The notes beneath the pieces are model-generated. The model was not told the origin of the DNA and made no database searches. It saw nothing but the letters and a program-made list of their open reading frames with translations. DNA of 64,000 nucleotides, from contig DASPXX010000144.1 of the NCBI GenBank assembly GCA_035637095.1, positions 7,578-71,577 of the forward strand, read 5' to 3'. A program made the translations under genes and the position numbers. Positions 9,301 to 17,313 of this stretch are shown here, one piece after another; position 1 is the stretch's first letter; each line of letters begins with the position of its first letter. The DNA is from Thermoanaerobaculia bacterium (GTDB lineage: Bacteria; Acidobacteriota; Thermoanaerobaculia; Multivoradales; UBA5704).

Positions 9301-10065
9301 CTGCTGAACACCGGAGGTACGGTGCGGTTCTGTGATTCGAAGTGCGCCGACACGGCCGACTTCTCGTGCCTCTATACCGCGGCCGATGCCTGGTGCAACT
9401 ACTCAGGCTCCTCCTGCGAGCCCTGCACCGACTATTACACGACCAGCAAGATCCCCTTCCCCGAGACTCCGACCTTCGAGGCCTGCGCGGGCGAGCAGGT
9501 GCGGTTCCGCATGCTCCATCCGGGCGGCACCAACACCGACCAGGTGATCGAGATCTACGGCCACAACTTCTCCGAGGCGCCGTACATGACGCCCTACGCC
9601 AACCTGGCCGAGGCGCGGCGCAACTGCAAGGCGCCGATCACGCACACCAACCTCTACGCCTCGCAGGTTCAGGGGACCGAGAACCTCTGCGGCAGCATCG
9701 ACTTCCTGAGGGCCGGGTCCTCCTTGACCCGCGAGGGGCTGTGGAACGCCTCGCTCAACGAGTGGCGCGGCTCGCGCATGGGGCACGGTCCGGGCAACCA
9801 CTTCGACGCGCTGATCGGCCAGGCCGGCGGTCCGTTCAAGGTGCCCGGCGACTACCTCTACCGGAGCTTCCCGGCCTTCCACTTCAACTTCGGGATCTGG
9901 GGGATCTTCCGGGTGCGGAACCCCAACGACAAGGATGTGGCCAAGCAGTGCCTGGCGCCGTCCCCCGGCCCCGCCAGCAAGGAGTTCAACCTCAAGGGCC
10001 TGCCGACGTCGCCGGAGATCACCGGCATCCTGCCGACCGCGACCGGCACGCTCGACGAGCGTTGA
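3388..10065 (+). CDS. Giant secreted MnxG-like multicopper oxidase (multiple cupredoxin domains) with Cys-rich inserts
   Basis: RBS GGAGG before ATG 3388; signal-peptide-like N-terminus; Cu motifs HHLHHQHAHQW, FHCHFYPHFGSGMW, GQHIHLVKFD...NGWNYEDG and THDHYGPSTHQQAGL in C-D-A-B order; further degenerate cupredoxin repeats. Confidence 0.8.
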   Translation: MRSSWSLARRPAVSTAFALAVLAALPGPAQGAACSRIVTAHVVALDQVISLNRMGSQIPGGMMYALARDVFPAGTPVDQQTDANSCRWKPDQCKPGQVELRHDRRPRPLVLRANEGDCLQIVFTNLLGPQECFDISGKKVDCSATDVAIKQPSTPWASLHVQGMPWVNGPQDDGSFVSSLGTKPPQASSLAASAQATGASRTYELFAEHEGSYLLYSTADDWTSNPAVAAGTAPVTADGGALAAGLFGAVNIQPSGFDVSKRFPAEWYRSQVTEQDLCLASQGHSSSGGRCQWADSRQLPVLDYQARYPAGHPYAGLPILNMLCTAATPGVCDANELVSADLTAVITGPKAGRFPDFPIALQPPDLRPIYSSPDRLQPYREFTIIYHESFQVAQAFQSIFSTSPGGQVLQVAQDNFGINYGMGALAPELLSNRLGVGPAAKCTDCKYEEFFLSSWALGDPAMPVDEPASSCLDTTTNQPKPGCHATAALYPDDPSNVYHSYISDHTKFRILHAGPDLHHLHHQHAHQWLGTPNSPNGDYLDSQSIGPGSSFTLEMVYNGSGNLNQTVGDSIFHCHFYPHFGSGMWSMWRVHDVLERGTELEPCGGALCPRQGARALPDGEIARGTPIPAVVPMPTLPLAPVPARVELQSFCSNDLTKTCSADGDCGGGNTCQQSYCVVQTDAVTGQEGACVSSIQASQTSWEEEKKFRNPGYPFFIPGIAGSRAPHPPMDFAYACSTSGKVCTPGTPAGLGTPESCDAGETCDEINGGLPRHLVARGGSVTYPNPAGGNYQPTFDLTPTDFSKVIATATAVRLPEEGTWVEKVAMGTHSQRFHDSQLPDGTKTGVCSDNGAPCSGPGLLQKQQCADPPRATCGATGICSDNRAFCSGNTLAGKQLCDNPVQATCDPYNRINFVLNGLPPEHGAPYADPCIQFQREGGAPQNMLSRRFLAADIQLDAIFNKSGWHFPQERILSLWGDAQDLIDRKKPPEPFFIRTNSEDCMEYVYANLVPNVYELDDFQVRTPTDILGQHIHLVKFDVTSSDGSSNGWNYEDGTFAPNEVTERIHALNHGGGLLPPPGSATTTPDKDLTPTFIKFFGPGPGAQPDNPESGAWMGAQATIQRWYADPLFNNQGFCSTNLDVACSLDEMKFGIAKCPRLGRCIPSAGVCSDNQARCTDDDRSRCGKPALAECNSIYDRTIRTVFTHDHYGPSTHQQAGLYAGVIVEPKGSIWRDNQTGDQFGGYRPSVGANDEGRTALSGYEGRRVRDGGPTSWQAVIETANKNDSYREFLLQVQDSTLTYQAFAVAGNPFDKERKGVCTSPENKDQPCGFCSYNGVCVDASTGNPTQEPPQQCTLAPPAMLNQNKPVTSTGCTTGVCRLHRDFLTACTPEDLSACKAGVLTPAPTPPLNPTYLIAAAAPAPASCNFVTGVPSTSWAAGNPISSSNVEAITFYGGTNNFSFNYRNEPLYARTTNPATGAVLTGNTGDLAYAYSSDPGLKRPNPRGQVCSNNLATACTADAGCPAATAGSCAWAGFCSDNSALCTSANVTLCSDSTKATCKGACDPQTQASCDTSFPYPELPLIPGVPVEPGDPFTPLLRAYAGDDIQIRPLIGAHINPHNYTMNGLKWLLEPSFVDSGWRNSEVMGISEHFELLTQVAKPFSPAASGQKPWEDYLYQPGFAIIEQASGNWGLLRAYDTKQNEQNPLYALPQNQPPANAPGSRAVCPKGAPPQSYEVMAVNADLVYNQSSPLGLKNADGIVFAKKGDPNLDCTVTNGVETCSYKEGVTPQPLVLRAAAGDCIEVTLTNAIDATKLAAGTSSTQTNAKSNTSAEVGLHPQLLTYDMRASDGTNAGFNPVQTAAPGKSVHYEWYAGSIDTSKSPAVYIPIELGASNLLPPDPINHAINGLFAGLIIEPKGATWKEGNPLSGSTASTEAVVTVHKPGGKTEQFREFVMFTQDGLPKALSADVVNYRTELLNTGGTVRFCDSKCADTADFSCLYTAADAWCNYSGSSCEPCTDYYTTSKIPFPETPTFEACAGEQVRFRMLHPGGTNTDQVIEIYGHNFSEAPYMTPYANLAEARRNCKAPITHTNLYASQVQGTENLCGSIDFLRAGSSLTREGLWNASLNEWRGSRMGHGPGNHFDALIGQAGGPFKVPGDYLYRSFPAFHFNFGIWGIFRVRNPNDKDVAKQCLAPSPGPASKEFNLKGLPTSPEITGILPTATGTLDER

Positions 10066-10075
10066 AGAGGGCCGC

Positions 10076-12196
10076 ATGAGAGCTGTCCGGGACCGTCTCC
10101 GCCTCGCCCGCGGCCTGTCCGGCGCGGGCGCCGCCCTCCTTCTGGCGCTCGCGGCGCAGGCGGTCCCGGCGGCGGTCGACTCCATCCCGCCCTCTCCCTG
10201 GCGCACCGTCCAGCAGGGGATCGCCGTCGAGCTGGCCATCCAGCCGGTCGAGCCCGGCGGCGGCGCGCTGCGTGAAGGGCAGGACGTGGCGGTCCGCCTC
10301 TCCCTCTCCGACACCGCGACCGGACAGCCGCTCAGCCGCCTCGATCCCGCCGCCTGGATGGTCCTGCTCCCGGAGGGGAAGGCCGCCGGCCCCGACACGA
10401 CCTGCACCGAGCGGGTCGAGGAGCTCGTGAGCGGCGGCCTGCTGAGCCGGCCGGAGCTCGACTTGAACGTCTACTTCGTCCTGGCGATGAACCAGGACGC
10501 CACGGTCAGCGTCGTCGATCCGCTGTTCGGCTTCGGCGGCACCAAGCTCCTCGCCATGCTCAGCCTGCAGAGCCCCGGCGAGGACTGGGCCCTGACCGCC
10601 GATCAGAAGCGCCTCTTCATCTCGCAGCCGGACGCCGGCCGGGTGGCGGTGGCCGATACGGCCGGCTGGAAGGTGACGGACCAGCTCGACGCCGGACTCC
10701 GTCCCACCCGTCTCGCCCTGCAGCCGGACGGCGCCTATCTCTGGGCCGGCCTCGACGCCGCCGCGCCGGAGGGCTCCGGCGTGGCCGTGATCGACGCGCG
10801 GACCCTCGCCGTGGCGGCCCGCATCCCCACCGGCCGCGGCCACCACGAGATCGCCTTCACCGCCGACGACACCTTCGCCTTCGTCACCAACGCCGGCGAC
10901 GGCACGGTCTCGGTGATCGACGTGCGGCGGCTCGCCAAGGTCAAGGACGTGAAGACCGGCACGAAGCCGGTCTCGATCGACTACTCCTCGCTGGCCGACG
11001 CGGTCTACGTCACCGACGAGACCGAGGGGACCATCGTGGCGGTCGGCGGGCGCAGCCACGAGGTGATCGCCCGCATGACGGCGCGGCCGGGGCTCGGGCA
11101 GATCCGTTTCGCGCCGGGCTCCCGGTTCGGCTTCGCGGTCAATCCCGAGGCTGATGCCCTCTCGGTTGTCGACGCCTCCAGGAACCGCATCGTCCAGACC
11201 GGGGAGATGCTCGACGGTCCGGACCAGGTTTCCTTCTCCGACGACCTCGCCTACATCCGCCACCGCGGCAGCGAGACCGTCCTGATGGTCCCCTTGAAGG
11301 AGATCGGCGAGGAGGGGCGGACCGTGCCGGTGGTCGACTTCCCCGGCGGCGAGAAGCCGTTCGGCCGCGGTATCCGGCCCAGCCTCGCACCCGGCATCGT
11401 CCGCTCGCCCGAGACTTCAGCCGTGCTGGTGGCCAACCCCGCGGACCAGGTCATCTATTACTACAAGGAGGGGATGGCGGCCCCGATGGGCGCCTTCCGC
11501 AACTACGACCGGGAGCCGCGCGCCGTGCTGGTGGTCGACCGCAGCTTACGGGAAAGGGGCCGGCCCGGCACGTACGAAACGACCACGCAGCTCCGCCGCC
11601 CCGGCCGCTATCAGGTGGCGGTCTTCCTCGACGCGCCGCGCATCGTCCACTGCTTCGACGCGCAGGTGCTGGCCGACCCCGTGATGGAAGCCCGGCGCCG
11701 CGAGGTCCAACCGGCCGAGGTCACCTGGGTCGGCAGCGCCGCGGCGACCGCGGGCGACCCTGTCCTCCTGCGGGTCCGGCTCACCGATCCGCGCACCGGC
11801 AAGCCCGCCACCGGGCTCACCGACGTCGTGGTGATGACCTACCCGGCGTCGGGTCTCTGGCAGAAACGGCAGAGCGCCCGCGAGATCGGCGACGGGATCT
11901 ACGAGGTCTCCTTCGTCCCGCCGTCCGCGGACCTCTATTCCGCCCGCGTCGCCTGCCCGTCGCAGCACCTCGACTTCTACCAGGCGCGGCAGCTCAACTT
12001 CCAGGCCGCCGCGGGAGCACTCCCCCGCCCGACCCTCACCCCGACCCTCTCCCACCCGCACTCACGGTCCGCCCGGGAGAGGGCGCCCCCGCCCAGGGCA
12101 ACCCACAAGGTTGCACCCTACGCCAACTGGGCAGACCCTGTAGGGGCAGGCCTTGTGCCTGCCCTCTTCCGCTCCCCCTCTCCCGGGCGGGCGTGA
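10076..12196 (+). CDS. Secreted YVTN/cytochrome cd1-like beta-propeller protein with YtkA-like Ig domains
   Basis: ATG 10 bp after the oxidase stop; signal peptide; repeated FVTN..DGTVSVID and FAVNPEADALSVVD blades. The last ~55 codons read through a repeat element. Confidence 0.8.
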   Translation: MRAVRDRLRLARGLSGAGAALLLALAAQAVPAAVDSIPPSPWRTVQQGIAVELAIQPVEPGGGALREGQDVAVRLSLSDTATGQPLSRLDPAAWMVLLPEGKAAGPDTTCTERVEELVSGGLLSRPELDLNVYFVLAMNQDATVSVVDPLFGFGGTKLLAMLSLQSPGEDWALTADQKRLFISQPDAGRVAVADTAGWKVTDQLDAGLRPTRLALQPDGAYLWAGLDAAAPEGSGVAVIDARTLAVAARIPTGRGHHEIAFTADDTFAFVTNAGDGTVSVIDVRRLAKVKDVKTGTKPVSIDYSSLADAVYVTDETEGTIVAVGGRSHEVIARMTARPGLGQIRFAPGSRFGFAVNPEADALSVVDASRNRIVQTGEMLDGPDQVSFSDDLAYIRHRGSETVLMVPLKEIGEEGRTVPVVDFPGGEKPFGRGIRPSLAPGIVRSPETSAVLVANPADQVIYYYKEGMAAPMGAFRNYDREPRAVLVVDRSLRERGRPGTYETTTQLRRPGRYQVAVFLDAPRIVHCFDAQVLADPVMEARRREVQPAEVTWVGSAAATAGDPVLLRVRLTDPRTGKPATGLTDVVVMTYPASGLWQKRQSAREIGDGIYEVSFVPPSADLYSARVACPSQHLDFYQARQLNFQAAAGALPRPTLTPTLSHPHSRSARERAPPPRATHKVAPYANWADPVGAGLVPALFRSPSPGRA

Positions 12197-12231
12197 GTGC
12201 GGGTGGGAGAGGGGGCTGGGGGGTGAGGGTC
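12022..12231. repeat. Nested REP-like element: outer CCCTCACCCC..CTCTCCC..GGGAGAGGG inverted pair enclosing an inverted GTAG-type REP doublet
   Basis: 12031-12083 and 12176-12231 are near reverse complements. Inside, 12095-12121 (rc GTAGGGTGCAACCTTGTGGGTTGCCCT) faces 12140-12165 (GTAGGGGCAGGCCTTGTGCCTGCCCT). Confidence 0.85.
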
Positions 12232-12302
12232 TTTGGGCGGGGGAAGCTGCCGCCACCGCGCTCGCCGCGGAGTACAATGCCTCGTTCCTGAGCTGATCCG
12301 TC

Positions 12303-13805
12303 ATGGTCGAAGTCCTGCTGGCCCACTCCTTCTTCCTCGAGAACGATCCCAAGCAGATCGAGAAGATGCGGCCCTATCCGCCGCTGGGGACGCTCTTCGC
12401 CGCCTCCTGGCTGCGCGAGGCCGGATACGACGTCGCCCTGTTCGACGCCATGCTCTCCCGGGGCGAGGAGGAGCTCGCCGCGGCGCTGGAGCGCCACCGC
12501 CCGCGCTTCGTCGTCTTCTACGAGGACAGCTTCAACTTCCTCAACAAGATGTGCCTGGAGCACGCGCGCGCGGCCGCCTGCCGCATGACCCGCACGGCCC
12601 GCCGGACCGGCGCCACGGTCCTCGCTGCCGGGGCCGACGTCTCCGATCACCCTCTTCCTTATTTTGATGCGGGGATTCAGTACGGCCTGACCGGCGAGGC
12701 GGATCACACGCTGCGCGAGCTGCTGGACACGCTGACCGGCCGCCGCGACCAGCCGGTCGAGACGGTCGCCGGGCTGGCCCTCCCCGATCCGGCCGCGCCG
12801 GGCGGCGTACGCCGGACCGCCGAGCGTGCCTTCGAACGCCACCCCGACGTTTTCCCGCTCCCCGCCTGGGACTTGGTGGACGCCGAGCGCTACCGCCAGG
12901 CCTGGACCGAGGCCCACGGCTATTTCAGCGTCAACCTGGTGACCACCCGCGGCTGCCCGTTCCACTGCAACTGGTGCGCGAAGCCGATCTGGGGCCGGCG
13001 CTACGCCATGCGCTCGGCCGCCCGGGTGGCCGAGGAGATGGCCCTGGTCAAGCGCCTCCTCGAGCCCGACCACGTCTGGTTCTCCGACGACATCTTCGGC
13101 CTCCAGCCGAAGTGGGTGGCCGACTTCGCCCGCGAGGTGGAGGAGCGCCAGGCGCGCATCCCCTTCACCATCCAGACCCGGGCCGACCTGATGACCGGGG
13201 TGGCGGTGGCTGGCCTCGCCCGCGCCGGCTGCGTCGAGGTCTGGCTCGGCGCCGAGAGCGGCAGCCAGAAGGTCCTCGACGCGATGGACAAGGGGATCCG
13301 GGTCGAGGAGACGGTCGAGGCGACCTTCCGCCTGCGCGAGGCGGGCATCCGCGCCTGCTGGTTCCTCCAGTTCGGCTACCCCGGCGAGACCTGGGAGGAC
13401 ATCCAGGAGACCGTCCGCCTGGTGCGCGAGACCCTGCCGGACGACGTGGGGGTGAGCGTCTCCTATCCCCTCCCCGGCACCCGCTTCCACGCCATGGTGG
13501 CCGCCGAGATCGGAGACAAGACCCACTGGGCGGACAGCAACGACCTCGCCATGATGTTCCAGGGCACCTACCAGACCCCCTTCTACCGCAAGCTCCGTCA
13601 GGTGGTGCATCGCGACCTCGACCTGCGCCAAAGGCTGCGCCGGGGAGAGACCGGCAACGGCTTCGAAGGAGAGCTGAACGGCCTCGCCGAGGACTGGCTG
13701 GAGCTCGGCCGCCTGGAAGCCACCTGCCGGAGCGCCGCGCCGACCCACGTGACCCGGACGTACGGGCCGCTGGAGGCGCCGGACCTGAGCAAGCCGTGGA
13801 ATTGA
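12303..13805 (+). CDS. B12-binding domain radical SAM protein (1 of 3)
   Basis: N-terminal MRPYPPLG cobalamin-binding region; RGCPFHCNWC; GAESGSQ. Confidence 0.92.
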   Translation: MVEVLLAHSFFLENDPKQIEKMRPYPPLGTLFAASWLREAGYDVALFDAMLSRGEEELAAALERHRPRFVVFYEDSFNFLNKMCLEHARAAACRMTRTARRTGATVLAAGADVSDHPLPYFDAGIQYGLTGEADHTLRELLDTLTGRRDQPVETVAGLALPDPAAPGGVRRTAERAFERHPDVFPLPAWDLVDAERYRQAWTEAHGYFSVNLVTTRGCPFHCNWCAKPIWGRRYAMRSAARVAEEMALVKRLLEPDHVWFSDDIFGLQPKWVADFAREVEERQARIPFTIQTRADLMTGVAVAGLARAGCVEVWLGAESGSQKVLDAMDKGIRVEETVEATFRLREAGIRACWFLQFGYPGETWEDIQETVRLVRETLPDDVGVSVSYPLPGTRFHAMVAAEIGDKTHWADSNDLAMMFQGTYQTPFYRKLRQVVHRDLDLRQRLRRGETGNGFEGELNGLAEDWLELGRLEATCRSAAPTHVTRTYGPLEAPDLSKPWN

Positions 13806-13820
13806 GCCCCTACCCGCCCT

Positions 13821-14138
13821 GCGTAGCCGTTGTCCCCGCCGTGTAAGCGTTATCCCCGGCGTGTAACGCTTATCCCGGCGGTGTAAGCCTTATCCCTCGC
13901 GTGTAAGCGTTATCCCGGGCGTGTAAGCGCTATTTCCCTCGGTATAAGCCTTATACGCGCCGTGTAACGCTTATCCCGGGCGTGTAAGCGTTATTCCGGT
14001 CGGGATAAGCGTTATACGCGCCGTGTAGCCGCTATCCGGCGGGGATAAGCGTTATACGGCCGGGATAAGCGTTACACGGAGCGTGTAGCCACTATCCCGG
14101 CGGTGTAGCGGCAAACGCGGGCGGTTAGCGGCTAACGC
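13821..14138. repeat. Tandem array of ~16 units of 20-21 bp, each with a 6-3-6 quasi-palindromic core (G[TG][GA]TAA-NNN-TTA[TC][AC]C)
   Basis: Units start at 13841, 13861, 13881, 13901, 13921, 13942, 13962, 13982, 14003, 14023, 14043, 14063, 14083, 14103. Confidence 0.9.
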
Positions 14139-14163
14139 TTTCGGATATTCTTGAAGCCCAGCC

Positions 14164-17142
14164 ATGCCCGATCCCCAACTCCTCGCCGAGGCTCTGGTCC
14201 TCCTCCTCGCCAAGGCTCTCCCGACCCTTGTTGCCGCGGGAGAGAAAGCGGCCGGCAAGGCCGTCGAAGAGGTGGGCAAACAGGGTGGTGCGGCTGTCAC
14301 CGGCAAGGTCAAGGAGATCTGGGGACGCCTTCGCGGGAAGGTCGAGGAGAAGGCTGCCGCGCAGGACGCCGTCGTCGACCTCGCGGAGGACCCGGCCGAC
14401 GCGGATCGCCAGGCGACTCTCCGGCGCCAGCTCGTCAGGATCCTCACCGCCGATCCCGACCTCGCCGCGCTCCTGGAGCCTCTGGTCGCAGCCGCCCGCA
14501 TCGAGGTCAATACGACCCAGGTGCGGGCCGGAGATCAGGCGGTCGCTGTGGGGCGCGATGTGTACGGCGACATCAACATTCACAACGCCACTTCCACCGA
14601 CCGTACCGACCCCACCGCCCTCCGCAGGGCCTACCTGACGCGCCTCATGGAGCAGGTCGGCGTGCTCTCCCTGGCCGGCATCGATCCAGCGGCGGCGGGT
14701 GGCGAGGCGGAGGCCCGTTTGAGCCTCGATGCCGTGTACACGGCGCTACGGACCCGGACTCCAGAAGTCGACCCCCACGGCGGCAAGCTCCAGCGAACAG
14801 AGCGGCGCGCCTTGTCAGCCCTGGAGCAGCTCAACCACCATTCGCGTCTCATACTGCTCGGAGATCCGGGCAGCGGCAAGAGCACGTTCGTCCATTTCGT
14901 CGCCCTCTGCCACGCGGGCGAAGCGCTCGACCACCCCCAGATCAACCTCGAGCTCTTGCGGGCGCCCCTCCCTCAGGGGGAACCGCAACGTCCTGGCGAG
15001 AAGCCGGAGCCTCAACCCTGGAGCCACGGACCTCTGTTGCCGGTGCGTGTGGTGTTACGCGATTTTGCTGCGCGGGGCTTGCCTCCCTTGGATCATTTGG
15101 TGACGGCCCGCCACCTGGCCAACTTCCTGGAGAAGGATCTCGAGGAGGCGTGTCTGGGAGACTATGCCCCCATTTTGTTCAAAGAGCTTCAGGAGAAGGG
15201 CGGGCTCCTCCTCTTCGACGGCCTGGATGAGGTTCCGGAAGCGGAGCACTGCCGCGACCGGCTCCGGCAGGTGGTGGAAGAATTCGTCCGCACCTTCTGG
15301 AAGTGCCGCGTGCTCCTGACGAGCCGGACCTACGCCTATCGGAACCAGGGTTGGCAACTCGACCGTGTCATCTTCAAGGAGGCGGAGCTGGCGCCGTTCG
15401 ACGAGGCGCAGATCCGGACCTTCGTGGAGCGCTGGTACAGCCAAGTTGCGGCCACGGGCCGGCTCGGCCGCGAGGAAGCCCAGGGCCGGGCTCAGCTCCT
15501 GCTGAACGCCGTGCTCGGCAGCGACCGCCTCCAGGGATTGGCAGAGAGGCCGCTGCTGCTGACTCTGATGGCGAGCCTTCATGCCTGGCGCGGAGGGAGC
15601 CTTCCGGAGAAGCGCGAGCAGCTCTATGCGGACGCCGTGGAGCTTCTCCTGAATCTGTGGGAGAGCCAGCGGGTGATCCGTGATCCCGATGGGACGACGC
15701 GACTGATGCAGCCGAGCCTGGCCCAGTATCTGGACATCGGGAAGGATCAGGTGCGCCAGGTGCTGGAAGAGCTGGCTTTCGAGGTGCATTCCCGCGGGGA
15801 CCTGGCGGGCACGGCCGACGTCGCCGAGGGGGAGCTGGTCGCGCGCCTGATGCGGCTGGGGCGGAAGCCGGGCACCAATCCGGCCGAGCTCGTGGAGTAT
15901 CTCAGCCAGCGGGCGGGCCTTCTCGTGCCGCGAGGTGTCGAGGTCTACACCTTTCCTCACCGGACGTTTCAGGAGTATCTGGCGGCGTGCCATCTGACGG
16001 CGAAAGGATTCCCTCGGGAGCTTGCGGATCTCGGTCGCAAGGACCCCGGGCGCTGGCGCGAAGTCGTGCTTCTCGCCGGGGCCAAGGCGGCGCGAGGTGC
16101 CGCGTTCGCGACCTGGTCTCTGGTGGAACGGCTATGCCCTCACGAGCCGGCCGAGAGCGTTGGGGTGGAAGATGCGTGGGGAGCCCACCTGGCGGGCCAG
16201 GTGATCGCCGAGGTGGCGGATCTGGAGAACCTGGACGAGACGGATCGGAAAAAGCTGGAGCGTCTCCAACGCTGGCATGTCCACCTGTTGGCGACCGGTC
16301 TCCTCCCGGCACGGGAACGGGCCCTGGCAGGAAAGACGCTGGCGCGGCTCGGCGATCCGCGCCCGGAGGTGATGACTCTGGACGGCATGGAGTTTTGCCG
16401 TGTGCCGGCCGGGCGGTTCCGCATGGGGAGCGAGGCGGATGACGAGATGGCCTCCGAAAGCGAGCGGCCGGCTCACGACCTGGATCTCCCCTACGAGTAC
16501 CGGATGAGCCGATATCCGGTGACGGTGGCACAGCTCCAGGAGTACGTTGAGGAGAGCGGGAATCAACCTGGAGATCCCGACAGCCTCCGAGGGCCGGCGA
16601 ACGCACCGGTGGTCCGGGTGAGTTGGGACGAGGCTCTCGCGTTCTGCCGGTGGTTGACGGTTCGCTGGCGAGCCTGCGGAAAGATCGAGCCGGATTGGGA
16701 AGTGAGCCTGCCCTCGGAAGCGGAATGGGAGAAGGCGGCGCGCGGGGAGGACGGCCGGCGCTATCCGTGGGGAAAGGACGCCGATCCGGAGAAGGCCAAC
16801 TATCATGAAACGGGGATCTCGGAACCGAGCACGGTCGGTTGCTTTCCCTTGGGGGCGAGTCCTTGTGGCTGCGAGGAGATGAGCGGCAACGTGTGGGAGT
16901 GGACGCGGAGTCTTTGGGGAAAAGATGTGAGTGAGGCTTCCTACGTGTATCCCTACAAAGCAAAAGACGGCCGGGAAGATCTCGAAGCATCATCTGAAGC
17001 CCTCCGGGTGTTGCGTGGGGGCGCCTTCAACAGTGGCTACTGGTTCGTGCGCTGCGCCTTTCGCTACTGGTACTACCCGTGGTACCGCAGCTGGAATACG
17101 GGATTCCGGTTGGTGCTGCTTCCATTCTCCTCTGATCTCTGA
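14164..17142 (+). CDS. STAND/NACHT NTPase with N-terminal Bell-like helical domain and C-terminal FGE-sulfatase (SUMF1) domain
   Basis: Walker A LLGDPGSGKST, Walker B LLFDGLDEV, LLTSR, FPHRTFQEYLAA; FGE motifs RYPVTVAQ, LPSEAEWEKAARG, MSGNVWEW, RVLRGG, GFR. Confidence 0.9.
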   Translation: MPDPQLLAEALVLLLAKALPTLVAAGEKAAGKAVEEVGKQGGAAVTGKVKEIWGRLRGKVEEKAAAQDAVVDLAEDPADADRQATLRRQLVRILTADPDLAALLEPLVAAARIEVNTTQVRAGDQAVAVGRDVYGDINIHNATSTDRTDPTALRRAYLTRLMEQVGVLSLAGIDPAAAGGEAEARLSLDAVYTALRTRTPEVDPHGGKLQRTERRALSALEQLNHHSRLILLGDPGSGKSTFVHFVALCHAGEALDHPQINLELLRAPLPQGEPQRPGEKPEPQPWSHGPLLPVRVVLRDFAARGLPPLDHLVTARHLANFLEKDLEEACLGDYAPILFKELQEKGGLLLFDGLDEVPEAEHCRDRLRQVVEEFVRTFWKCRVLLTSRTYAYRNQGWQLDRVIFKEAELAPFDEAQIRTFVERWYSQVAATGRLGREEAQGRAQLLLNAVLGSDRLQGLAERPLLLTLMASLHAWRGGSLPEKREQLYADAVELLLNLWESQRVIRDPDGTTRLMQPSLAQYLDIGKDQVRQVLEELAFEVHSRGDLAGTADVAEGELVARLMRLGRKPGTNPAELVEYLSQRAGLLVPRGVEVYTFPHRTFQEYLAACHLTAKGFPRELADLGRKDPGRWREVVLLAGAKAARGAAFATWSLVERLCPHEPAESVGVEDAWGAHLAGQVIAEVADLENLDETDRKKLERLQRWHVHLLATGLLPARERALAGKTLARLGDPRPEVMTLDGMEFCRVPAGRFRMGSEADDEMASESERPAHDLDLPYEYRMSRYPVTVAQLQEYVEESGNQPGDPDSLRGPANAPVVRVSWDEALAFCRWLTVRWRACGKIEPDWEVSLPSEAEWEKAARGEDGRRYPWGKDADPEKANYHETGISEPSTVGCFPLGASPCGCEEMSGNVWEWTRSLWGKDVSEASYVYPYKAKDGREDLEASSEALRVLRGGAFNSGYWFVRCAFRYWYYPWYRSWNTGFRLVLLPFSSDL

Positions 17143-17189
17143 ACCTCTGGACTCTGAATCTCTGGACCATCAGGCTCGGAGGGGGGAGC

Positions 17190-17217
17190 CCCGAGGGGGG
17201 CTACTGCCCCCCTCGGG
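17190..17217. terminator. GC-rich hairpin (terminator-like or small REP) after the NACHT gene
   Basis: CCCGAGGGGGGC-TACT-GCCCCCCTCGGG, 12-bp stem; no U-tract follows. Confidence 0.4.
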
Positions 17218-17313
17218 ACACACGGGCTCGACATGGGCGGGTGAGTTGAAGTAGTCTCTTGGAGCGACACGAGTCAGAGGAAATGCCTATCTTCGCCTGG
17301 GCGAGCTTGGCCG

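Noticed and set aside
3240-10407. Overlapping alternative-frame ORFs around the oxidase (e.g. 4498-9198 minus, 5976-8711 plus)
   Set aside because: GC-rich shadow frames with low-complexity Arg/Gly/Ala content; all motifs lie in the 3388 frame.
13821-14138. CRISPR array
   Set aside because: The variable parts are only 5-6 bp, the repeats are degenerate, and no cas genes are present.
14120-14140. Integron attC/attI core at GTTAGCGGCTAAC
   Set aside because: It does not fit GTTRRRY, has no attC arms, and no integrase is present; better read as the last unit of the array.
17128-17170. Short CTCTG(A/G) iterations at the NACHT-FGE stop
   Set aside because: Only about five imperfect 7-8 bp units; too short to support a functional claim.
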